From Nibricoccus sp. (lineage in GTDB: Bacteria > Verrucomicrobiota > Verrucomicrobiia > Opitutales > Opitutaceae), in assembly GCA_047602425.1 (NCBI GenBank), contig JASGHG010000001.1:2528001-2592000 (forward strand): a stretch of DNA of 64,000 nucleotides. The letters run 5' to 3'. The notes beneath the pieces are model-generated. The model had not been told where the DNA came from and ran no database searches. It was given only the letters and a program-made list of their open reading frames with translations. How positions within the stretch are numbered: the stretch's first letter is position 1; each line of letters begins with the position of its first letter. Of the stretch, positions 27,363 to 36,914 are shown one piece after another. A program made the translations under genes and the position numbers.

Positions 27363-28955
27363 TTAAGGCAGCGCTTTGTAACGGAAGTTCTTGAAGCGAA
27401 CTTCGCCAATGCCTGCGGCGATGAGCGTCGGCCGCAGACTGAGGAAACCGCCGGCCACGTTGTGGTGGTAGCCGGAGACTTCGAACTGCATCCAATGTTT
27501 GGTCCAGCGCTGGCCGTCGGTGCTGTGCCAAACAGTGACGACGTGGTGGTCGTTGCGGAGCCGCAAATGGAAATGTTGGCCGATAGAGGATGGTTTCTGA
27601 AACGTCGAGGTGTCGCCCTTGCTGTACTCCAGCATGTTGTCCTTGGAGAAACCGAGCCCGGCGAAGAGGCGCTCGCTGTAGAACACGAGAAGACCCGCAG
27701 TCGCACCGGTGTCGCAATCGACTTCGACTTCCATCTCGTAGGCTTGATCGCCGCAAACAAACGAAAGCGGCGAACAATCCTTCGGCGACGTGCCGGCGGC
27801 CTTCACCACCAGTGCGCCGTTTTCGTAGCGGAAACGTTCTTTGATCGGGCCGTTGGGATGGAAGAAGCTCCACTGGTTGCCGATTTTGTTGGTTTTAAAA
27901 TCGTCGGAAAACGCGAGCCCATGCGGAACCGCCGTGCCGCCCGTCGGCATTGGGATGGGCCGCGACACGTCGTAGTCGGACGCTTTCACCCAGCCGTCGT
28001 TAGTCCACTCGACTGGTTCGAGCAGGGTTTGGCGGCCGAGATTGTAGTAGCCGTTTTCGTAAGCGTGATAAACAAGGTACCATTGTTTGCCGTCCGGGCC
28101 TTCGACCAGGGTTGCGTGGCCTTTCGACCACCATTTCTCCGCGGCGGTATGCGTGCGGACCACGGGATTGTAGGGCGAGTTTTCCCACGGGCCTTCGATG
28201 TTTTTGGAGCGGGCCATGATGACCATGTGACTCGTCGCCGGTCCGGCTGTGCCGCCTTCGGCCAGCACCATGTAGTAGTAGTCGCCATGCCGCAGAATCT
28301 TCGGCCCTTCTTGTGCGAAGGTTTCCACATCCCAATGCTCGGGATATTGCCAGCCGTCGTAGATTTTTTTGGCCGGGCCGGTCACGCTCAACCCGTCGTC
28401 AGACAACGGCGCGTAGTGACCGCCGCTGAGGAAAACGTAGCGCTTGCCGTCCGGTCCCACGGCGTGACCGGGATCGATGTGGCTCACCTTGAGGTCCACG
28501 GGATCGCTCCACGGCCCGTGAATATCGTCAGCATAGACCACCATGTTGGTTAGACTATTCGCGCCGAGTGCTGGAAAATAGATGTAGAAACGGCCCTTGT
28601 GATAAGCCAGATCGGGAGCCCAGACATTTCCGACGTAACGATTGAGCGCGGGGCCAACCGGCTCCCAATTCACCAAATCGCGCGAGTGCCAGATCAAAAG
28701 CCCGGGAACGCTTTCGAACGACGAGTGCACCATGTAGTAGTCGCTCCCAACTTTCAGCACCGACGGGTCGGGATGGTCACCCGCGAGAATCGGATTGAGG
28801 AAGGAGCCGTTGCCGAGATCGGCCTTGCGCTGGCCTTCGATGCCTCGGCCCCAGGTCGATGGCATAGAGTTCGGCATGGCGGAAAAACCGGCGGCCGCGG
28901 TCAGGAAACCGGAAGCCAGGACGAGCGGTGAGAGAAATCGTTTGATGAAGGGCAT
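27363..28955 (-). CDS. GH43 beta-xylosidase/arabinofuranosidase (XynB/YagH-like), secreted
   Basis: NPILAGDHPDPS, WAPD, IDP, QEGP, GHATL, GRQT; C-terminal beta-sandwich. Confidence 0.9.
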   Translation of the reverse strand: MPFIKRFLSPLVLASGFLTAAAGFSAMPNSMPSTWGRGIEGQRKADLGNGSFLNPILAGDHPDPSVLKVGSDYYMVHSSFESVPGLLIWHSRDLVNWEPVGPALNRYVGNVWAPDLAYHKGRFYIYFPALGANSLTNMVVYADDIHGPWSDPVDLKVSHIDPGHAVGPDGKRYVFLSGGHYAPLSDDGLSVTGPAKKIYDGWQYPEHWDVETFAQEGPKILRHGDYYYMVLAEGGTAGPATSHMVIMARSKNIEGPWENSPYNPVVRTHTAAEKWWSKGHATLVEGPDGKQWYLVYHAYENGYYNLGRQTLLEPVEWTNDGWVKASDYDVSRPIPMPTGGTAVPHGLAFSDDFKTNKIGNQWSFFHPNGPIKERFRYENGALVVKAAGTSPKDCSPLSFVCGDQAYEMEVEVDCDTGATAGLLVFYSERLFAGLGFSKDNMLEYSKGDTSTFQKPSSIGQHFHLRLRNDHHVVTVWHSTDGQRWTKHWMQFEVSGYHHNVAGGFLSLRPTLIAAGIGEVRFKNFRYKALP

Positions 28956-29014
28956 GACATGGGCGGGGTTGATTGAAGACGGCGTAGTCTAGCCAAAATC
29001 GACGGCAGGATCCT

Positions 29015-29872
29015 ATGGACAAAACTGCCCAAAGCATGGACGGTTTAAACATGCCCTCCAAGATCAAGGCCGTGCGCTGGCGCACCGCGCAGACCCTCCA
29101 TCAGATCCAGATTTTGTCGTGCGATCTTTGCGACTTTGTCACTTGGGAATCTCCCGACCACTGCGCGCCTTTTTGGCGATTGTACTGGCACAACAAACGA
29201 GGCGGGGAAATCGCCGTGGCCGGAAAATCGATTCCCCTCCGGCCGGGCTGCTTGCTGTTGATCCCGCCCAATACCCATTTCTCGTCGCGGCTGCGAAATC
29301 CCGTGCGACAACTGTTCGTGCATTTCCTCGTCGAACCACGCTTCCGCGGTAAAGGGAACGCGGTGTTTCAAATTCCTCTGACGAAGGAGCTGGCCAGCCA
29401 CTGCAAACAGATCGCCGGGCAGCTCACGAGCGACACCTTGAGTCTCAGGACGTCGCTGTTAAGTCAGATTCTTGTCTCAAAGGCATTGTTAGAGCTCCCG
29501 CTCAACGAATGGGCTCCTCGGTTTGAGGATCCGCGCATCACGAACGCCGTCGAGGCGATCGCGAAGGAGTATCCCGCCAGGCTCGACAACGTGACGCTGG
29601 CCCGCAAAGCGCGCATGCATCCGTCGGCCTTCATCCGGCTCTTTCGCCAGTGCACGGGTCACACTCCGCTCGACTACCTCACCAACCTGCGACTCGAGGA
29701 AGCCTGCTCCATGCTTCACTACGACGAAGCATCGCTCGACGAAATTGCCGATAAGACCGGTTTCGGCGAACGCGGATATTTCACCCGGATTTTTTCGCGG
29801 AACATGAATTGTTCGCCCGCCAGATATCGGAAACTCGTCAATGTCAGCAACCGCCTGCGTCCGGGCGGTTGA
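29015..29872 (+). CDS. AraC-family transcriptional regulator
   Basis: N-terminal cupin; C-terminal double HTH (IADKTGF...YFTRIF...SPARYR); divergent from the GH43 gene. Confidence 0.9.
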   Translation: MDKTAQSMDGLNMPSKIKAVRWRTAQTLHQIQILSCDLCDFVTWESPDHCAPFWRLYWHNKRGGEIAVAGKSIPLRPGCLLLIPPNTHFSSRLRNPVRQLFVHFLVEPRFRGKGNAVFQIPLTKELASHCKQIAGQLTSDTLSLRTSLLSQILVSKALLELPLNEWAPRFEDPRITNAVEAIAKEYPARLDNVTLARKARMHPSAFIRLFRQCTGHTPLDYLTNLRLEEACSMLHYDEASLDEIADKTGFGERGYFTRIFSRNMNCSPARYRKLVNVSNRLRPGG

Positions 29873-30024
29873 GTTGCTCGCCCCGCCCGAAATAAGGCCG
29901 CGCGGCGCTTTCGATCTATTTCACTTCCATGTCCGAAAACGGCGAGCGCGCTTCGCAAAAATGGTCCATAATGCGCACAGTTGAAACAACGCTGCTGCAG
30001 CAGACCAACCTGAGGAAAAGAGAA

Positions 30025-30570
30025 ATGACCTACTTCTACAAAGAGATGAAATCGCCCGTCGGCCTGCTGAAACTCGTGGCCGGTGCGGAGGGACTGGCGG
30101 CCATTCTGTGGGAGAACGACGATCCAAAACGCGTTCGGCTCAGCCCGCTCGAGGAAAATGAAAACCACCCGACCTTGCTCGAAGCCGAGCGTCAGTTGAC
30201 CGACTATTTTGCGGGCAAACTCGAAAGATTTTCCGTGAAACTCGCTTTCGCCGGCGGCACCGCCTTTCAGAAACAAGTCTGGACGGCGCTTACAACCATC
30301 CCGTTCGGCGAAACCCGAAGCTATGCCGAAATCGCCCGCCAAATCGGCAGCCCCAAAGCCGTGCGCGCCGTCGGCGCCGCCAACGGCAGAAATCCCATTT
30401 CGATCATCGCGCCCTGTCACCGTGTGATCGGGGCAAACGGCAAGCTCACCGGCTTTGCCGGCGGCTTGGAAACTAAGGCCTTCCTGTTGAAGCTGGAGGC
30501 CAAAGACGAACCTTCTGAAAGCGGTGAACAATTCCAACTGCAATCGCTCGGCGGGGATGGCGATGATTGA
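30025..30570 (+). CDS. ogt: Methylated-DNA--protein-cysteine methyltransferase
   Basis: RAVGAANGRNPISIIAPCHRV active-site motif. Confidence 0.93.
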   Translation: MTYFYKEMKSPVGLLKLVAGAEGLAAILWENDDPKRVRLSPLEENENHPTLLEAERQLTDYFAGKLERFSVKLAFAGGTAFQKQVWTALTTIPFGETRSYAEIARQIGSPKAVRAVGAANGRNPISIIAPCHRVIGANGKLTGFAGGLETKAFLLKLEAKDEPSESGEQFQLQSLGGDGDD

Positions 30571-32071
30571 CGGCAACATCGCCTACCGCGCGCTGACCTC
30601 CCGCGATCCGCGCTTCGACGGCGTGTTTTTCGTCGGCGTCACGTCGACGGGAATTTATTGCCGTCCCGTTTGCCCGGTAAAAACACCGCGGCAAAAGAAC
30701 TGTCGTTTTTTCGAGAGCGCCGAAGCGGCGGAAAAAGCGCGCTTCCGCCCATGTCTGCGCTGCCGCCCCGAACTCGCGCCGGGCCATGCGCCGATGGATA
30801 ACGCCGATCGCATCGCACACTTGATGGTTCAGCGCATCAACGAAGGGCAGGTGACCGACGGCACGAATCTGGACGAAATCGCCGCGCAATTTGGCATTAG
30901 CTCCCGCCAGTTGCGCCGCATCGTGCAGAGTGAGCTCGGCGTTTCGCCGATCGAGCTGCTGCAAACGCGCCGGTTGCTCCTGGCGAAGCAATTGCTGACA
31001 GAAACCCAGCTTCCCGTCACCGAAATCGCGTTTGCCAGCGGCTTTTCCAGCCTGCGCCGCTTCAATGACGCCTTCAGCGCCCAATATCGCATGCCGCCAA
31101 CCCGTCTGCGTCGGGAGGCTACGAACCACGTGCCAGATGCCAACAGCGCCGGCACTTCGACGCTGCAACTCAGCTATCGTCCTCCCTACGACTGGCCGGG
31201 AATCCTCGCCTTTCTCGACGCGCGAAAGATCAAGGACGTGGAACACATTTCCGACGGCTGCTATTTGCGCACCGTTCGCCTCGGCAAACACACGGGTTGG
31301 ATCAAAGTCGCCCACGCTTCGGAAAAACGCGCGCTGTTGGTGGAGTTTAGCCACTCGTTGATGCCGGTTCTGCCGGCGTTGTTGGGACGTTTGCGCAACC
31401 TGTTCGATCTCGCCGCGCGGCCGGATTTGATCGCCGCTCAACTCGCCAAATCCGCAGCGTTGAAAAAAATCGTCGCGAAAAATCCGGGCCTGCGCGTCCC
31501 CGGCGCCTTCGACGGCTTCGAAATGGCGGTGCGGGCCATCCTCGGGCAACAAATCACCGTGAAGGCCGCCACGACCCTCAGCTGCCGTTTCGCCGAGGCT
31601 TTCGGGGAGAAAATCGAAACGCCGTATTCGGAGCTCACGCGCTTGACGCCCCTGGCCGAACGCATTGCCAGAGCCAGCGTCGACGACGTCGCCCGGCTCG
31701 GCATCATCGGCACGCGCGCGCAAAGCATCGTCGCTTTGGCGCAGGCCTGTGGTTCCGGTCTTCTCGCGCTCGAGGCCGGAGCCAATCACGAATCAGCGAT
31801 GGCCCGTCTCGTGACAATTCCCGGCATCGGCCCCTGGACGGCGCACTACGTCGCCATGCGAGCCCTGCGCTGGCCGGACGCTTTTCCCAAGGAAGACATC
31901 GCCGTGCGCAACAACCTCGGCGGCGTGAGCCCGAAACAAGCGGAGGAACTATCGCAAGCGTGGCGCCCCTGGCGCAGCTACGCGGTCATGCACATCTGGC
32001 GAAGCTTGTCCTCGGTAAAACCGCCCTCCGTCTCCCTCATAAAGACAGAGCCCGCGCATGTCGCAGGATGA
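30563..32071 (+). CDS. alkA: Ada-AlkA fusion (Zn-binding Ada domain, AraC HTH, DNA-3-methyladenine glycosylase II)
   Basis: GIYCRPVC...FRPCLRC, HTH, ILGQQI, IPGIGPWTA, WRPWRSYA. Confidence 0.9.
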   Translation: MIDGNIAYRALTSRDPRFDGVFFVGVTSTGIYCRPVCPVKTPRQKNCRFFESAEAAEKARFRPCLRCRPELAPGHAPMDNADRIAHLMVQRINEGQVTDGTNLDEIAAQFGISSRQLRRIVQSELGVSPIELLQTRRLLLAKQLLTETQLPVTEIAFASGFSSLRRFNDAFSAQYRMPPTRLRREATNHVPDANSAGTSTLQLSYRPPYDWPGILAFLDARKIKDVEHISDGCYLRTVRLGKHTGWIKVAHASEKRALLVEFSHSLMPVLPALLGRLRNLFDLAARPDLIAAQLAKSAALKKIVAKNPGLRVPGAFDGFEMAVRAILGQQITVKAATTLSCRFAEAFGEKIETPYSELTRLTPLAERIARASVDDVARLGIIGTRAQSIVALAQACGSGLLALEAGANHESAMARLVTIPGIGPWTAHYVAMRALRWPDAFPKEDIAVRNNLGGVSPKQAEELSQAWRPWRSYAVMHIWRSLSSVKPPSVSLIKTEPAHVAG

Positions 32072-32359
32072 TCACGGAGCCCACGACTTTGCGCGAATCG
32101 GCCCGGGGTGGAGCGCATTGACTCAATGCACTGGTTCGAGAATCACGTCGCCCAACGCGTTGCTTCGATCAGCGCCTTGAGGTCAAGTCGCTCCACCTCG
32201 GAGATAGTTCGGCCAGCCAGCCTCTTGAGGCCGGGCCAGACGGATTCACGCGGCTTTGATCCCTATTCTCGTCCGCGCTTCCGCTTACCCGGATTCTCCG
32301 GATAAAACCGAACCAAAATAATGGATAAATTTAATGTCGGGACCGATTCCCGAAGGCCC

Positions 32360-32761
32360 TTACGGCATCATGCCGCCCGAAGACCGGCCGCCCGACGAGC
32401 TGCTCATGCCGGAGGAGCTGCCGCTCGATCCGCTGCTGCTCGACGAACTGCTGGAGGCACCGCTCGACGAATAGCCATCCCGGCCATGCTCATGATCGCC
32501 CTTTTTGTGTTTGCGGTCATTATCCCGTTGGGAATCGCGGTCGCGGTTACGATTTCGATCAGGACGATCGTATCCACCGGAGCTGCCGCTGGAACTGCTG
32601 CTACTGGAGCTGGAGGAACTCGATCCGTAAGAGCCGCCCGAACCGGAAGGCATGGAGTCCGTTTGCGCGAAGGCGTTGGACACGCAGAGGGGAAATGCCG
32701 CGACGCAGGCGAACGCGACAGCACGTGCAAGCGCACGCGGGTGGGATTTTTTATTTTTCAT
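32360..32761 (-). CDS. Small secreted Ser/Gly-rich low-complexity protein
   Basis: Signal peptide (AFA-Q); two poly-Ser tracts flank a charged RD/RN-rich core. Confidence 0.6.
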   Translation of the reverse strand: MKNKKSHPRALARAVAFACVAAFPLCVSNAFAQTDSMPSGSGGSYGSSSSSSSSSSSSGSSGGYDRPDRNRNRDRDSQRDNDRKHKKGDHEHGRDGYSSSGASSSSSSSSGSSGSSSGMSSSSGGRSSGGMMP

Positions 32762-32971
32762 AGCCCACGGATCATAGCCCGTTCCCGCCCGGGATAAATC
32801 AGGCCCCCGCCGACCATTCCTCACGGAAATTCCTCCCGAGCCCCGGTCGGGAAACCACGCGGAGAACGGGAGAATCGACCCCACCGCGCCTTGTTCGCGC
32901 AACGGCAGGGCAGGGATGGGAACGGCCTGCCGTAGCCGCCGTTTCGAACTCAATTTTGCGGACGGATAAAC

Positions 32972-33151
32972 CACTGAATTTCGCTGAATGGCACTGACGA
33001 AGTGAGGGAGGAAAGTTTGCTGCTGCCGCCCGTGGTCCAATGGGTGAGTAGCGATCTATTCACTGCAGGTTTTCTCAGTGAAAATAAGTGAACTTCAGTG
33101 GTTCAAAATGCCTTGAGGGATTAACCACTGATTATCACTTATTGATACTGA
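32972..33151. repeat. Three triplets of CACTGA-like hexamers at exact 10-bp spacing; two triplets form a 29-bp imperfect inverted repeat
   Basis: 32972/82/92 (cactga, cgctga, cactga); 33075/85/95 (tcagtg, taagtg, tcagtg); 33126/36/46 (cactga, cactta, tactga). Confidence 0.75.
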
Positions 33152-33371
33152 TGAAGGAGGGGATGGCAGGTTGGGGCTGCGATCAGGCGCGTCGGATGGG
33201 CAATGATCATTTCATGGGCGACGACGGTGCCTCGCCCTCCATTAGAAAAATGAACAAACAACAAAGGCGCAGCCCAAAGGATGCGCATTGTTAGGGTCAA
33301 CACGTTGGTTCGGCTCGCGGGGATTTCGGAAGGCGGAGGACAAGCCGCTCCACCCACGACGCGATGCGAAC

Positions 33372-33746
33372 TCACGCGGCCTTAACCGCGGGAGACGCTG
33401 CGACGGCACGCACCGCTCGTTTGCGATCGGACTTCCGTTTGCCGCCGGCCTGTTCGTACTCGTTGCTGTCGCGTCCGAATTTGGCGGACACTGCGGCCAG
33501 CATGCGTTCGGTGAGATCGCGGAGATTGGCCTCCGCGGCTTCGAACACGTTGGCAGCCTCGTCGCTCTCCGCGAGCAGGGTGTTGTACTTGGTCTGTTTA
33601 TCCCGGGCGTCCTGGATGGCGGCGTTGTAGGCTGCGACGGTGAGGCCCCCTCCGAGATCGAGCGCGGGATCGATCGATTCGATGCCGGCCGCGCGGGCCG
33701 AGGCATTTTGAAGAGCGCGAGAGCTGGTGCGTTTTCTGCGAGACAT
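33372..33746 (-). CDS. Conserved hypothetical helical protein (124 aa)
   Basis: Clean ORF; coiled-coil core; ends FGRDSNEYEQAGGKRKS, resembling a widespread uncharacterised family. Confidence 0.7.
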   Translation of the reverse strand: MSRRKRTSSRALQNASARAAGIESIDPALDLGGGLTVAAYNAAIQDARDKQTKYNTLLAESDEAANVFEAAEANLRDLTERMLAAVSAKFGRDSNEYEQAGGKRKSDRKRAVRAVAASPAVKAA

Positions 33747-34306
33747 ATGTTTTTCCTGTAGTTTCCCGATCCGCCGGCCGGCCGTGATTGGCCGGTTCCT
33801 ACTGAATCGTTGTGCGACCAGAATATCAGGGAGGGTGGGACATCTGTGGACCCACCCTAAGAAAAAATCGCTTCACTTACCCCGGTTTTCATTTCTTCCA
33901 GCCCCGCCGCCACTTCGGCATGATTTTTCTTTTCAACCGAACCAACGTCCCCCTAAGCCGCTCCTCCCGCGATCGACGCACCATGCTCGGCGGTAGATTC
34001 AGCCCCAGCGCCAATCAATGCAGCTCCCACAACAACGTCCACCGCCACGCCTGCGCTTCACGCCGCTCCCTCCGAAACGTTTGCTGACGTCTCCGTGATG
34101 ATTGCCGACGTCTCCGCGCCCTTCGCCACTTAAGTCGCAGCCATTCCCGCCCGAGTCGCACTCTGCGCCGCTCAAACTGCGCTCGCTGCCGCTCCAGCCG
34201 CAGACATTGCGGTCATAACTGCAATCGCTGCGGAGATCCCCACATCAATCGCAGTCGAGCGTTGCACCCCTGCACGCATCACCTTCAATCTCCGCGTTTC
34301 GCCTCC

Positions 34307-36874
34307 ATGCTTACTGCCGAAACCAAGCGCCGCATCGATGCCTGCCGCGACATCCTTGTTGGCAAACTCCCGCTACCTACCGATCAGGTCGAACTGATCA
34401 CTCTCGCCCTCATCTACAAGTTCATGGATGACCTCGACGAGGAATCCGTGTCGATGGGCGGCAAGCGCACTTTCTTCGTCGAAGCTCTCGCCCCTTACCG
34501 CTGGCGCGCGATCATCGTACAAACCGTCTCAGCAGACGAACGCATGGCCCGTTTCGCCGATGGCCTCGAAATCCTTGGCGGCAGCAAAAAGGTCCGCATT
34601 CCGAAAAAGGGAGGAAAAAAGGGCGAAGAAGTAGACGCCGACATCGCCGCCCACCTGCCCGCGCTCTTCCGCGACATTTTTCGCAACGCCTTTCTCAAAT
34701 TCCGCGACGGCCGCACGCTCTCCCTCTTTCTCGCCGAGCTCAACGGCTTCGCCTACTCGCACAGCGAGGAACTAGGCAACGCCTTCGAATACATCCTCCA
34801 GTGCATGGGCGCGCAGGGCGACAACGGCCAGTTCCGCACGCCCCGCCACATTATCGACTTCATGGTCGCCTGCCTCGAACCAAAGCTGACCGACAAGATC
34901 CTCGACCCCGCCTGCGGCACCGGCGGCTTCCTCGTCTCCGCCTTCAAACACATCCTGCACCAGCACACAACGCCCGGCTCCTCCGTGCCCGGCGACCGCC
35001 TCAGCCACAACCAGCGCGAAAAGCTCTTCGCCGCCTTCACCGGCTACGACATCAACGACCAGATGGTGAAGCTCAGCCGCGTCAACCTCTTCCTCCACCA
35101 GTTCGCCACCCCCACGATCCACATCTACGACACGCTCACCAACGACGCCCGCTGGCACGAGAAGGCCGACCTCATTCTCGCCAACCCGCCGTTCATGACG
35201 CCGAAAGGCGGAGTCGTGCCGCACACCAAGTTCCGCGTCCCCGCGAAAAAGTCCGAAGTCCTCTTCACCGATTACATCGCCGAACACCTCACACCCGACG
35301 GCCGCGCCGGCATCATCGTGCCCAACGGCATCGTCGCCACCACGCAGACCGCCTACGTGAAACTCCGCCGCTTCCTCGTCGAAGACAGTCTCGTCGCCGT
35401 CGTCAGCCTACCCGCCGGCTGCTTCAAACCCTACAGCGGCGTGAAAACCAGTATCCTCCTCCTCGACAAAAAACTCGCCCGAACCACCGACAAGGTCCTT
35501 TTCCTGAAAATCACCGCCGACGGTTTCGACCTCGGCGACAAACGAAACGAAATCGAAGCGAATGACCTCCCCGAGGCGGAGCGCGTGGTGCGTGCGTGGC
35601 TGACAGGAAAACTCAATGACGATTTTGCCACACCACTCGCATGGAAGCTCATCGCGAAGAAGGAAATATCGGCAGAACGCAGCTCCTCCCTCAGCGCCGA
35701 GCGTTTTTTTGGTGAAAATGGCGCAGCGACGGAAATCGAAACCGTACGGCTTGGCGACCTCTGCGAGAAATGCCAACAAACGAACCCAACTGCTCTCGGC
35801 CGAGAAACCTTCCGCTACATCGACATCGACTCCGTGGACAATGAGCGACTTCGCATCACCGAGCCCAAACCCATGCCAGTCGGTGACGCACCAAGCCGAG
35901 CTCGCAAACTCGTCCGTACTGACGACGTGCTCTTTAGCACGGTTCGCCCGTACCTTCGGAACATCGCAAGGGTACCACCGCATCTGAATGGAGAAATCGC
36001 TTCCACCGGACTTGCGGTTGTGCGAGCTGACAGTTCACGCGCACTTCCCGGGTATCTTTTCGCAATTGTCTCCGATCAAAGGTTCGTCGATAGCGCAAAT
36101 GCGCTCACCAACGGAGCAGCCTATCCTGCCATAACGGAAAACCAGCTGTTTGACCTCGAAATCCCCCTGCCGCCGCTTGAGGAACAGCGGCGGATCGTGG
36201 CGGAGATCGAGGGCTACCAGCAGGTCATCGACGGCGCCCGCCAAATCCTCTCCGCCTACAGCACACAAGTTGAGCCCGGCGAAGAATGCCCGACTGCAAC
36301 GCTCGGCGACGCTGGCGAATTGATCGGTGGTTACGCATTCAAAAGTGCGGACATGACGCCCGAACCAAGAAACCCATCAGACCTTCCGGTCGTGAAGATC
36401 GGCAACGTTGGGCGAGATGGCCGACTCGATTTGTCTGATGTCCAATACCACGCATTCACACCCGAATTAACCCGATATTCTCTTCACATTGGGGACATCG
36501 TCGTCGCAATGACCGGTGCCACCGTCGGCAAAGCAGCTGAAGTTGATCGCAACAATCTTTTACTGAACCAGCGCGTTGGCGTGATCCGGGCAAAGACGAC
36601 GGCTAGCCAACGTTACTTGCTACACATTCTTCGAGCCCGAGCATTCTACGATTATTGCCAGACAACCGCAGGTGGTGGAGCCCAAGGCAACATCGCACCG
36701 CGACAAATCTTGGAGTACGAAATCCCCCTGCCCTCGCTGCCCGAGCAAGAGAAGATCGTGGCGGAGCTGGACGCGGAAGCGTCTCGGATCGAAGCCGTGC
36801 GCGGCCTGATCCCCGCCTTCGAAGCCAAAATCCACCGCGTCCTCGCCCGCGTCTGGGGCAACACTATTGCGTAA
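34307..36874 (+). CDS. hsdM: Type I RM fused methyltransferase-specificity subunit (HsdM-HsdS), m6A
   Basis: GQFRTPRH, DPACGTGGF, NPPF; two TRDs each ending IPLPxLxEQxxIV. Confidence 0.9.
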   Translation: MLTAETKRRIDACRDILVGKLPLPTDQVELITLALIYKFMDDLDEESVSMGGKRTFFVEALAPYRWRAIIVQTVSADERMARFADGLEILGGSKKVRIPKKGGKKGEEVDADIAAHLPALFRDIFRNAFLKFRDGRTLSLFLAELNGFAYSHSEELGNAFEYILQCMGAQGDNGQFRTPRHIIDFMVACLEPKLTDKILDPACGTGGFLVSAFKHILHQHTTPGSSVPGDRLSHNQREKLFAAFTGYDINDQMVKLSRVNLFLHQFATPTIHIYDTLTNDARWHEKADLILANPPFMTPKGGVVPHTKFRVPAKKSEVLFTDYIAEHLTPDGRAGIIVPNGIVATTQTAYVKLRRFLVEDSLVAVVSLPAGCFKPYSGVKTSILLLDKKLARTTDKVLFLKITADGFDLGDKRNEIEANDLPEAERVVRAWLTGKLNDDFATPLAWKLIAKKEISAERSSSLSAERFFGENGAATEIETVRLGDLCEKCQQTNPTALGRETFRYIDIDSVDNERLRITEPKPMPVGDAPSRARKLVRTDDVLFSTVRPYLRNIARVPPHLNGEIASTGLAVVRADSSRALPGYLFAIVSDQRFVDSANALTNGAAYPAITENQLFDLEIPLPPLEEQRRIVAEIEGYQQVIDGARQILSAYSTQVEPGEECPTATLGDAGELIGGYAFKSADMTPEPRNPSDLPVVKIGNVGRDGRLDLSDVQYHAFTPELTRYSLHIGDIVVAMTGATVGKAAEVDRNNLLLNQRVGVIRAKTTASQRYLLHILRARAFYDYCQTTAGGGAQGNIAPRQILEYEIPLPSLPEQEKIVAELDAEASRIEAVRGLIPAFEAKIHRVLARVWGNTIA

Positions 36875-36914
36875 TGCCCCAACATCTCTCACGGTACTGA
36901 CAATCGGACTGACC

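Noticed and set aside
29929..32071. ogt/ada-alkA as a novel system
   Set aside because: This is a well-known adaptive-response alkylation repair pair.
32972..34240. CRISPR array
   Set aside because: The repeats are 6-mers or degenerate 21-mers without unique spacers, and there are no cas genes.
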